From a virus, in IMG/VR virus record IMGVR_UViG_3300045454_000087: DNA of 35,207 nt; one strand, given 5' to 3'. The notes under the pieces are model-generated. The model worked only from the letters and a program-made list of their open reading frames with translations, was not told the origin of the DNA and searched no databases. This document shows positions 14,910-22,357 of this stretch, piece by piece (within the stretch, counting starts at the first letter, position 1; every line of letters starts with the position of its first letter). The position numbers were made by a program, and so were the translations under genes.

Positions 14910-17085
14910 ATTTGATCTTGAGATATTTAGATTTAAGTGTTCCATCGGCATAAAATAAATCTTTCCAGTTTGCTTCGTGAATCGTAGTAATTTGATGAAA
15001 ACCACTTGGTGTTTTGCTCAAGCTAACCGCCACAATCATGAACCGGTCTTCTATTTTCCCACCAGGATATAACTCGGAAACAAGCGTGATTGAATTATAA
15101 CCATCTCGTCTTTGACGAATCGTCTTCTCAATAAAATTGGGCGATTGTATCGCTTTTACAAGTCCTTCTTGATTCTTTTCGAGCCATTCCAATCGATATC
15201 TATGTTTCGGATCGGAAAGATGACTCGCGGAAAACTTATTATAAATAACCGGTTTTGGTGTAATAAATTTCTTCCCCGGTTCCATTTCTGAAAAATACTT
15301 AGAAACATCTCCCAAATCTGTAACCTGTTGATATTCCCCTGACCGAAAATCAATCTTCGGAGCTTTTATTGACACATTTGGATGATAGCCAATTCTTTCC
15401 CGTTCATACTGCCTTCCCAACCTCGTTTGTTTCGTGAAATCCCGCATTCTGGCTTGCCACTCTCGCACCTTGCCCCACTCATACTCAGTATCAAGCTGCG
15501 CCGCCTTCAATGCCCCTTCTTGCCGTTTCCAGTAACGAATCTTTCGCTCAATTTCTCGTTGTTGCTGCGTTGCCTCATAAACGCTAATTTCCTGACCATT
15601 ATAGGTAACGGTTTTGTTCACATAACTTTCAAGCTCAGCTTTTGAGTAAGCATTCTCAGAAATACCCTCGAAAAATGGATAGAAACTATGACGGCAATTA
15701 TGGATTACAATGTCATTAGCAAAGTACCAGCCACCTTCTGTTTCGAGGTTATAAACATGGACAAAAGAACCTTGCGTAGATTTCCGCTCGATGAAAATGA
15801 TGTTATCCAACTCTACAATTCCGGGGTATCCACTACAACTATCAAGGAGAAATACGGGTGTTCCCTGAAAGCGGGAATTGAAGCAATCCCGCAAAAAGCC
15901 ATCTGGAAATATAACATCGACCTCGCCATTGGAAACGTCGCCGTGGAAGTAACCGGCAGAGGAAGGAAACCGGACTATATTCCCATTTACAGAGAGAGAA
16001 TCAAATATATCTTGAATTCTGGTTTCTCCCTGGTCTATATTTGGGCTTCCACCGCTTATCCGGTCAAAGTAGGAGCGGCAGATTACATTATCTCCTTTTG
16101 TCAGCAGACCAGCCGCGATCCATCCCTTGTTGGTCAATATAGGGTGATTGGGTGTACAGGAAAGCTCCTTGCCTCCGGCAGTGTGCAGGATAATGATTTC
16201 ACCGGAATATTCACGGCGATACCCGGCACATATAGCCGGACCTGACACAACCGTTTCGCCAACGACACAGTTCCAACCCATCAACCCTTCACCGCTGCCA
16301 TAACCCGTTTTCTCGATAAAACTCGGATATTCAGCATGAGTGCCTGACCTGGAATAGACTTTTCCCTGCCACCCCTCGTGATTGGCCGGCCCCGTTCCAG
16401 TATTACGAGCGCCGATGTGAGCAGATACAGCAACCAGATCGATCCCCATTTCATCAGCACGCGCTTCCTGGAGCTTTCCAACTGTTTGATTGACTCCGGT
16501 CAATACAGTTCGCCGCATGGCAACATCCAAATGGTCTTGACGACCACTAAAATGGATCACCGGTAATCCTTTGTCAGCCACATCCTTAACTGCCTGACGA
16601 ATTGCCGTATTGTAATCAAAAGCCCCACTGGTTATTTGCATATACGCCAGGTCAGCAGCATCAATAAAAGCATTTTGTCCGCTAATTGCCGTAGTCATGG
16701 TCAAGTTTTTCATAATGCCCTGGGTTTTATTCAATCCAGCAGCCAAAACTTGTTTCATCGCCGGGGATAAATTGAGAGGAATAGGCTGAAGGCCGGCAGC
16801 CTTATAAATTCCATCGTCAAATGTCATCGCTTTTACACCGGCTTTTTCAAACATGGCTTGTAATTCCCCACTTGTTTTGCCAGTCAAAATCGTCAGCTCA
16901 GATAAAATGTTTTCGTATAACTTGCCGCTCTCCGATAGCCGTTGCATCTGCCAGGCCGCCGTAGAACTGGCAAAATCCAACTTTCCCAACCGCCGCGCAA
17001 TATCTATAATGACCGAATCAGCATACTCAGTATAAAGGGTAATCAGGCGTTGCGGCAGCGCATCGAGCTGGTCGGAGGTGAGCAT
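14908..17085 (-). CDS. Head morphogenesis protein (SPP1 gp7 / Mu F family) interrupted by an intein, with a long C-terminal extension
   Basis: ATG overlaps the portal stop (TAATG). MuF-type motifs ...SAHIGARNTG...HEGWQGKVY... and GLMGWN|C...HN|CRHSFYPF are present. Removing residues 273-463 restores GWNCRHSFYPF. About 260 aa follow the MuF core. Confidence 0.85.
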   Translation of the reverse strand: MLTSDQLDALPQRLITLYTEYADSVIIDIARRLGKLDFASSTAAWQMQRLSESGKLYENILSELTILTGKTSGELQAMFEKAGVKAMTFDDGIYKAAGLQPIPLNLSPAMKQVLAAGLNKTQGIMKNLTMTTAISGQNAFIDAADLAYMQITSGAFDYNTAIRQAVKDVADKGLPVIHFSGRQDHLDVAMRRTVLTGVNQTVGKLQEARADEMGIDLVAVSAHIGARNTGTGPANHEGWQGKVYSRSGTHAEYPSFIEKTGYGSGEGLMGWNCVVGETVVSGPAICAGYRREYSGEIIILHTAGGKELSCTPNHPILTNKGWIAAGLLTKGDNVICRSYFDRISGGSPNIDQGETRIQDIFDSLSVNGNIVRFPSSAGYFHGDVSNGEVDVIFPDGFLRDCFNSRFQGTPVFLLDSCSGYPGIVELDNIIFIERKSTQGSFVHVYNLETEGGWYFANDIVIHNCRHSFYPFFEGISENAYSKAELESYVNKTVTYNGQEISVYEATQQQREIERKIRYWKRQEGALKAAQLDTEYEWGKVREWQARMRDFTKQTRLGRQYERERIGYHPNVSIKAPKIDFRSGEYQQVTDLGDVSKYFSEMEPGKKFITPKPVIYNKFSASHLSDPKHRYRLEWLEKNQEGLVKAIQSPNFIEKTIRQRRDGYNSITLVSELYPGGKIEDRFMIVAVSLSKTPSGFHQITTIHEANWKDLFYADGTLKSKYLKIK
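15481..15491. repeat. Iterated palindrome ATACTSAGTAT, perfect copy
   Basis: ATACTCAGTAT, with minus-strand flank GAGTGGGGC. It lies in the MuF C-terminal extension (DTEYEWG). Confidence 0.95.
15697..16269 (-). mobile_element. Intein (191 aa) in the MuF NCRH motif
   Basis: Cys1 (TGT 16269-16267) in CVVGETVV. Block B is SCTPNHPILT (T-x-x-H). The C-terminus is FVHVYNLETEGGWYFANDIVIHN, followed by +1 Cys (15696-15694). A linker of about 90 aa has no LAGLIDADG or HNH motif. Confidence 0.85.
15757..16245 (+). CDS. Candidate antisense homing endonuclease nested in the intein (HTH + Vsr/DUF559-like PD-(D/E)xK)
   Basis: The ORF is open from 15688-16245. The internal ATG 15757 has GAGG 8 nt upstream. 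HTH-like: DVIQLYNSGVSTTTIKEKYGCSLKAGIEAI. Nuclease-like: YNIDLAIGNVAVEVTGRGRK...YRERIKYILNSGFSLVYIW (compare DUF559: D-x8-10-E-x-DG...R-x3-L-x3-G-[FWY]-x-[VL]-x-x-[FI]-W). The recognisable core (15790-16044) falls exactly inside the intein linker (15792-16074). Confidence 0.4.
   Translation: MDKRTLRRFPLDENDVIQLYNSGVSTTTIKEKYGCSLKAGIEAIPQKAIWKYNIDLAIGNVAVEVTGRGRKPDYIPIYRERIKYILNSGFSLVYIWASTAYPVKVGAADYIISFCQQTSRDPSLVGQYRVIGCTGKLLASGSVQDNDFTGIFTAIPGTYSRT
17023..17033. repeat. Iterated palindrome ATACTSAGTAT, perfect copy
   Basis: ATACTCAGTAT followed by AAAGGGT. It lies in the MuF N-terminus (YTEYA). Confidence 0.95.
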
Positions 17086-18491
17086 TACACACCACGAAAT
17101 AGATCGGCAACTTGAGGTTGTTCAGCCTGAATCTCTGCTATTTTTGCTTTAGCAGTTATTTCATCCTCATCCATATTACGCATTCGAAATTCGATTTTGC
17201 TCATCAACCCTTGCTGCACCAATCTCATGTCCTGTTGAAACCGGGCATCTTTGTCGATGATTACACTGTCATCAAAGGCAAAAATGGTTGAATATGACCC
17301 ACGTGGCGCTAGATTGCCCAAAGTCGCCCATATATCCATTGCCCAAAGCAATTGTTCTAACGCATTCTGAAGCGTCTTCTGAGTATCAACGATCGTTGCA
17401 TATGTGCGCTGGCGAGATATCTTGATTTCGGTTGCAGTCTTATCAATCTGTTGTGGATCACTCAAAGTGCCATAAGCAAGCCCGCAAGTGTATTCGATCC
17501 GTTTTAGAATTGCATCCAGGCCGGCTAAATAATTTTGTTCTCGGATCGTAGGCGTCCATTCGTGAAACATTTCTTCATCAGAAACCTGGCCACCTTGATT
17601 TAGCGTTCGATATAAGCGCTTGTTGGGAAGAATAGGCTTGCCTTTTTCATCTTTACCAAAAGCCAGCACGTCTACATACAATGCCCGATTACCGCTTTCG
17701 AACTCCCACAATAAATCAGACCATAATCCGTCTGCTTGTTTGATTAAGTCAATGGCACGAGCATAACAGGACACACCTAACGGGCTGGTTGGATCGATAT
17801 TGTTCGCCTGTGGAAACCGGAAATAAGCAAACAACGGTTGATCGACGCCCGTAATCATTGCCTCTGGTTGAATATCTGCCCATTCCGCAACCTCACCAAG
17901 CGGAATTTGTACCCCCAAAGTATCCCGTGAGGTGCTTCTGAATGCCATATTTCTAATTTCGCATCCGGAATCGGTCATGGCATGAGATTCCAGACGCGTA
18001 TAATACCTATTACCTGCTATCTTTTGATCGACAAACACACACGCGGTGATGTTGCCATTGGAATCAAATCTCACCGGGTAAAACATATCAGCCTGAACGA
18101 AATCGACAGCGATCTGGTTGCCATCGATATATGGTTTAAGCATCAACCCACCTTTAGCGCAACCATATTCCACCTGCTGCCGCAATTTAGGCAATACTCG
18201 TTCAAACTGGAGCGCTAAATAGTCTGCTCGGGGGCTGCCTTCGATGGTCACATCCATTTCAATAGTAACCGCCCGCGCAATTTCACCGGCGATGGCCGCT
18301 GCCAGGCTCAAACTTTTCACATGGGTATCCAGCCAGGGCGCTTTATTTTCGTACATCGCCGACCACAATTGCAATGCCTCAGCCATAACTGACGACACTG
18401 CAACATCAACTTTTAATGCGGTTTTCACAGTTGACTGAGTAAACATCTTTTTGATGACCTCCCGAATGAAATCTAAAATCCTCTGGAACAT
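17085..18491 (-). CDS. Portal protein (SPP1 gp6-like)
   Basis: 468 aa, between the terminase and MuF genes. ATG lies 3 nt after the terminase stop. Confidence 0.8.
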   Translation of the reverse strand: MFQRILDFIREVIKKMFTQSTVKTALKVDVAVSSVMAEALQLWSAMYENKAPWLDTHVKSLSLAAAIAGEIARAVTIEMDVTIEGSPRADYLALQFERVLPKLRQQVEYGCAKGGLMLKPYIDGNQIAVDFVQADMFYPVRFDSNGNITACVFVDQKIAGNRYYTRLESHAMTDSGCEIRNMAFRSTSRDTLGVQIPLGEVAEWADIQPEAMITGVDQPLFAYFRFPQANNIDPTSPLGVSCYARAIDLIKQADGLWSDLLWEFESGNRALYVDVLAFGKDEKGKPILPNKRLYRTLNQGGQVSDEEMFHEWTPTIREQNYLAGLDAILKRIEYTCGLAYGTLSDPQQIDKTATEIKISRQRTYATIVDTQKTLQNALEQLLWAMDIWATLGNLAPRGSYSTIFAFDDSVIIDKDARFQQDMRLVQQGLMSKIEFRMRNMDEDEITAKAKIAEIQAEQPQVADLFRGV

Positions 18492-18493
18492 GA

Positions 18494-20278
18494 TTATGAT
18501 CCTCTTCGTCGCCAGATAAGATTTGTGGCGTACCTGGTTGCATCAATGAAGTGGTTATCCCGATCTGGATATTCACTGATGAAATTGCCATCCGGATCCT
18601 GCTCCAGCTCATAGTTGATAAACTCTTCAGCAGCATACGGACAACGCTCATGATCAATCACAATCGCAGCCAAAGATTGCAGCCACTTCATGGAATATTT
18701 AACACTCTCAGGACCTTTCTCAGCGCCGCGGCAGGTTAGGCCATACTCACGATAATCAGCTACACTCTTTGGTTCAGCCGAATCCGAAATGATCAAGTCC
18801 GATGGTAATACATGCTTATCGCTGATCAACATATCGGCTGTTTGACGATTAGACGCCTTAAGCGCACGCAGCTCATCATAGATATACAGCGTCAACCTGG
18901 CTGCATCATAATGGCATTTCACCCATGCATACGGATCCGGATAATAACCCCAGTCGTTACCCATTAGAACATGGTCAAACTGAGAGATTTCATCATCAGT
19001 AATTTTGCGGAATTGGACATTTTCGAAGACCAAACCACCAGTACCATTAGCAATTCCCAGGTATTCGTGCTCGTAGGCTTTAGGATTGATCACCTTCAAA
19101 TGATCAGCTTCTTCCAAGAAGACTTTACCCAACCATTCAGGAGGAACTTCCAAATAGCAGCTCTGATGCTGATACTGAGTATTCTTGGGGATTTTTACGT
19201 ACTTATTTGCCCAATTCGCTGCTGTCCGTGGCGGGTTGAATGATTTGAAAATATAGGCCAGGTCTCCGCCACGAATTACGCTTTGCTCGATCTTGCGAAT
19301 TGCCTCTTCACCATGAAATTGATCGAGTTCTTCGAACCATAGGATTCCGATATAGCCAAATGCCGGCTTTATTGATTTAATCTTCCCTGGATCATCCGCG
19401 CCTCGAAAATAGATTTTCTGGCCAGTAGGCAAGTATGTTATTTCCAACGGCGAAAGCGTGCACTTGAACTCATTATCTAACCCCAATTCGCTGATAGACC
19501 ATAGAAATTGGGAATAAACACTGTCTTTGAGCGTATTGGCCACTTGACGAGCTGCCAGCGCATGCATCTCTGGATTATTTTTCAACAAATAGAGAATAAC
19601 CAGTGAGACAAATGTTGATTTTGTCGAACCTCGCCCGCCATAAAATAGATACTCAGTATGTTGATGGTCTCGGATATCCCGATACGCGTTGAGAAATTGC
19701 GGAGAAATCAAATCAGCGGGAAGAGAAAACGAAGCTGCGCCAGCAGCCAGCCGTTCTTCATCGGTGAAAATCCGCATGTGTTTTCCGAGCATCATCATCG
19801 CTGTTTGTGGATCGTGCAATCCCAAACTGACAGAATTCGTTTTTCCTGTCGATGTGGCAACTCGCTTGACCAGGTGCCCGCGCTCTTTCAACGCCCGTTC
19901 GTTGATATAAACCATACGCCCACCTTTTTCGGTCTCCACAAAGTCACTGATACTAGCTCGTCCCATTTGTGAAAGCCTGGCAAGCAATTCTGCCTCCCCC
20001 ATTATCTGTTCACGCCACTTCTTATCAGCCTGATCGATGACCCATTTATCCCAGGCTTCAGCGCGAGGCCACCAATCATCTTCGTCGGCCATTCGCCGCC
20101 AGGACCCAGGAGCATTCTTGCCTGGTATTTTTCCCTGCTGCGCCCGCACCAGTTTGTATGCACCATTCAATGTCCGTCCAGGTCCCATCAACCGGAAAAT
20201 ATTGAACCACGAATGCCTGACGTATGCCTCCCCATCTCGCCGATCCCAAGGTTGACGCTCATCAATATCGCGTGACAT
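18494..20278 (-). CDS. Terminase: small-subunit-like N-terminal domain fused to PBSX-type large subunit
   Basis: Walker A is FYGGRGSTKST. Downstream nuclease-type acidic motifs are present. The N-terminal 190 aa or so carry TerS-like motifs (FRLMGPGRTLNGAYKLV...WWPRAEAWDKW; SLGLHDPQTAMMMLGKHMRIF). No separate TerS ORF lies between the endolysin and this gene. ATG 20278 is used (the ORF is open from TTG 20287). Confidence 0.85.
   Translation of the reverse strand: MSRDIDERQPWDRRDGEAYVRHSWFNIFRLMGPGRTLNGAYKLVRAQQGKIPGKNAPGSWRRMADEDDWWPRAEAWDKWVIDQADKKWREQIMGEAELLARLSQMGRASISDFVETEKGGRMVYINERALKERGHLVKRVATSTGKTNSVSLGLHDPQTAMMMLGKHMRIFTDEERLAAGAASFSLPADLISPQFLNAYRDIRDHQHTEYLFYGGRGSTKSTFVSLVILYLLKNNPEMHALAARQVANTLKDSVYSQFLWSISELGLDNEFKCTLSPLEITYLPTGQKIYFRGADDPGKIKSIKPAFGYIGILWFEELDQFHGEEAIRKIEQSVIRGGDLAYIFKSFNPPRTAANWANKYVKIPKNTQYQHQSCYLEVPPEWLGKVFLEEADHLKVINPKAYEHEYLGIANGTGGLVFENVQFRKITDDEISQFDHVLMGNDWGYYPDPYAWVKCHYDAARLTLYIYDELRALKASNRQTADMLISDKHVLPSDLIISDSAEPKSVADYREYGLTCRGAEKGPESVKYSMKWLQSLAAIVIDHERCPYAAEEFINYELEQDPDGNFISEYPDRDNHFIDATRYATNLIWRRRGS
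19172..19182. repeat. Iterated palindrome ATACTSAGTAT, perfect copy
   Basis: ATACTGAGTAT followed by TCTTGGGGA. It lies in the terminase (NTQYQ). Confidence 0.95.
19649..19659. repeat. Iterated palindrome ATACTSAGTAT, perfect copy
   Basis: ATACTCAGTAT in the terminase, immediately before Walker A (HTEYLFYGGRGSTKS). Confidence 0.95.
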
Positions 20279-20290
20279 GGCAATCAATCA

Positions 20291-21268
20291 TTACACAAGA
20301 TGTGAAACACCATCAAAGCGCATCGCTGACCAGCCACGTTCGTGGCGTACCCATATTTCATCCCCACGAACTGTATCGCCAGCCGAAAGCATGCCTGTTA
20401 CCGGATATCGTATACCTGGTCCTGACCGCACACGTAGATTGTCGGTCACAACTCGCAGCGCTGAGAATTCGCTCGTCTGCTGTGGTTGAGATGCTGCCGG
20501 AGTTGGAGTTGGCTCCGGAGCTGGGCTGATGCTCCAACGATAATCTCGAATCACATCCCACAAATCACTGTGACGACGAGTATGTTCCCACACCCAGAAA
20601 TTGCATCCCTCGCAAGTTTGTTGAGCTGTAATCATAAACTCCAAAATCTGATTTGCGGTTGGCCGCCAGCCGTGTTCCTGAAATGCCGCCCCAGTCGGGA
20701 TAATCGGTCGCTGCACCAGGCTTGCCTGTCTAAACTGACGGATTGACTCACGCAACTGTGCACCCGAATTGGTCGCTCGCATCCAGTACACCTGGGGAAG
20801 ATTAAGGTCGCAATGCTCCAGGAAACGATTGAATGGAAACTCCCGATGCAAATTAGGAAAACGATAGCTCGACAATCCTATAGGCAGGTCTCTCAAACCC
20901 GCTCGCAGCCGGCGCATATAATGACCCGCTTGTCCAGGCCGATTTTTATACTCCACTTCGGCATTTACTACAAAGCCATCCACGCCCAATTCCAAACAGC
21001 GCCGGATGGCAATATCCGCTTCACGTTCGGGGTGTTGCCCATACACATATTGCCAGCCCCACACATGGATGCCTGCAGATTTCAACACATCAACTACTGG
21101 TTTTGTTGGGTCAATCTGCATGTATGGGAAAGAACGAACACCATCCGCAATTTTGACCAAAACATGAGATAGCCCGGCAGATCGAGCAGTAAACGCAATT
21201 GTCTGTGCATTACCGTTCTCACTCCGGCTGATGTTCCACATGTACATACCTTTACCCAGTATCATCAT
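20291..21268 (-). CDS. Endolysin: TIM-barrel-like glycosidase domain + P/T linker + C-terminal SH3
   Basis: Strong RBS (GGGAGGAAAATG). Linker PAPEPTPTPAASQPQQ. C-terminal LRVRSGPGIRYPVTGMLSAGDTVRGDEIWV (bacterial SH3 pattern). It follows the holin-like genes. Confidence 0.65.
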   Translation of the reverse strand: MMILGKGMYMWNISRSENGNAQTIAFTARSAGLSHVLVKIADGVRSFPYMQIDPTKPVVDVLKSAGIHVWGWQYVYGQHPEREADIAIRRCLELGVDGFVVNAEVEYKNRPGQAGHYMRRLRAGLRDLPIGLSSYRFPNLHREFPFNRFLEHCDLNLPQVYWMRATNSGAQLRESIRQFRQASLVQRPIIPTGAAFQEHGWRPTANQILEFMITAQQTCEGCNFWVWEHTRRHSDLWDVIRDYRWSISPAPEPTPTPAASQPQQTSEFSALRVVTDNLRVRSGPGIRYPVTGMLSAGDTVRGDEIWVRHERGWSAMRFDGVSHLV

Positions 21269-21635
21269 TTTCCTCCCAATCGCCTGGCTCCCAACATGGT
21301 TTCGCGTTCATCTCACCAATTTGCCGGATCAAAATTCCAATCCCATTCATCAAATCAAGCACACGATGCGCATACCGGGACAACTGCCGCTGCAATCGCT
21401 TAATTTCGCGGTCCTGCCTGGTTACATGCTGTTCAAGTTCCGCTAAACGCGTTTTCAGTGGTTCTAGTAACGATACGGCAGCATCAGCGATCGCATCTGC
21501 AGCATCCGCTTTATTTTTTACCCGAGTGGACAGGTATACAAGCAACCCACCAAAAATTGCGCCGACCGCCCCAATGATCATTTCGATGATTTTTTCTGAC
21601 ATAGATTTACCCGTAGGAGCGTATATCATGTTCAT
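21252..21635 (-). CDS. Lysis-associated membrane protein (N-terminal TM + coiled coil; holin partner or spanin-like)
   Basis: TM helix IIEMIIGAVGAIFGGLLVYL followed by a heptad-like segment LEPLKTRLAELEQHVTRQDREIKRLQRQL. Confidence 0.45.
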   Translation of the reverse strand: MNMIYAPTGKSMSEKIIEMIIGAVGAIFGGLLVYLSTRVKNKADAADAIADAAVSLLEPLKTRLAELEQHVTRQDREIKRLQRQLSRYAHRVLDLMNGIGILIRQIGEMNAKPCWEPGDWEENDDTG

Positions 21636-21969
21636 TCACCTCCCGCTGCCTGGCCGGGAAATATGTGCCGATCAATTGGTGTATGTAACTTGCTCCCATA
21701 CCAATCGATACTCCGGTAACAATCACTCCAAACGCGGTAGGTTTGACCGGTGTTTCAACCACCTGGCCGGCCAGATAGATCACATCAAATTGATAGACCC
21801 ATGCGCCAGCAACTCCGGCTGCTACAGCCAAATAGACCAGCGCCCATTTATACGGCTGCAATACCGGCACATGATCAACAATCCGGCCAAACAGCGCCTC
21901 TACCAGCGTTTCAACCAGAAAGGCCAGCAGCAAAATAACGCCCAAAGTGCCCATAACTTCTCCAAACAT
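21607..21969 (-). CDS. Holin
   Basis: 120 aa with three hydrophobic helices and a charged C-terminus. RBS GAGAGGAG. It is the first gene after a terminator and lies upstream of the endolysin. Confidence 0.6.
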   Translation of the reverse strand: MFGEVMGTLGVILLLAFLVETLVEALFGRIVDHVPVLQPYKWALVYLAVAAGVAGAWVYQFDVIYLAGQVVETPVKPTAFGVIVTGVSIGMGASYIHQLIGTYFPARQREVNEHDIRSYG

Positions 21970-21983
21970 ATCGATCTCCTCTC

Positions 21984-22037
21984 AAAAGAAAATAAGAATG
22001 CCCGGCACATGCCTGAACGTCTCAAGCGTGTGCCGGG
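21984..22037 (-). terminator. Intrinsic terminator separating the replication operon from the lysis/late operon
   Basis: Minus strand: CCCGGCACA-(19 nt)-TGTGCCGGG (9-bp stem) followed by CATTCTTATTTTCTTTT. Confidence 0.5.
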
Positions 22038-22102
22038 CGGTCAACTTCGGCTCTGTCACATTGTGACGACCGTAGAATCACCCCCACGTGTGTGGGGAAA
22101 AC

Positions 22103-22345
22103 TTATTCAGTTGCACCTATTCTAGCACACCTTATTCGATAAATCAATTCATGCAAACGATAATCGCGGCTGTCGAAGTGGAACAGCTTGCGACATACCC
22201 CACAAACACCATGCACATAAGCAACATCGCTAACACCAAGTCGCAGCCATACCCGCTGACGAACACGGATCAATTGGCCTATTTCTGAGCCACACTCACT
22301 ACATCTCAAACTGGAATCCAATGCTAGCAAATTCTCATCACTCAA
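22103..22345 (-). CDS. Small zinc-ribbon protein
   Basis: CSECGSEIG...CGVCRKLF (two CxxC pairs). 80 aa. Confidence 0.5.
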   Translation of the reverse strand: MSDENLLALDSSLRCSECGSEIGQLIRVRQRVWLRLGVSDVAYVHGVCGVCRKLFHFDSRDYRLHELIYRIRCARIGATE

Positions 22346-22357
22346 TTAGACCTCCAT

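Noticed and set aside
21487-21494. HIP1 octamer GCGATCGC as evidence for a cyanobacterial host
   Set aside because: I found only one copy in 35 kb, so it is not enriched. The over-represented palindrome in this genome is a different sequence.
21526-22125. 199-aa plus-strand ORF opposite the holin genes. The same applies to 33254-33802 and 32218-32706, opposite early genes.
   Set aside because: These are antisense shadows of supported minus-strand genes, with no RBS or recognisable motifs. They show that long antisense ORFs arise by chance here, which tempers the intein-antisense finding.
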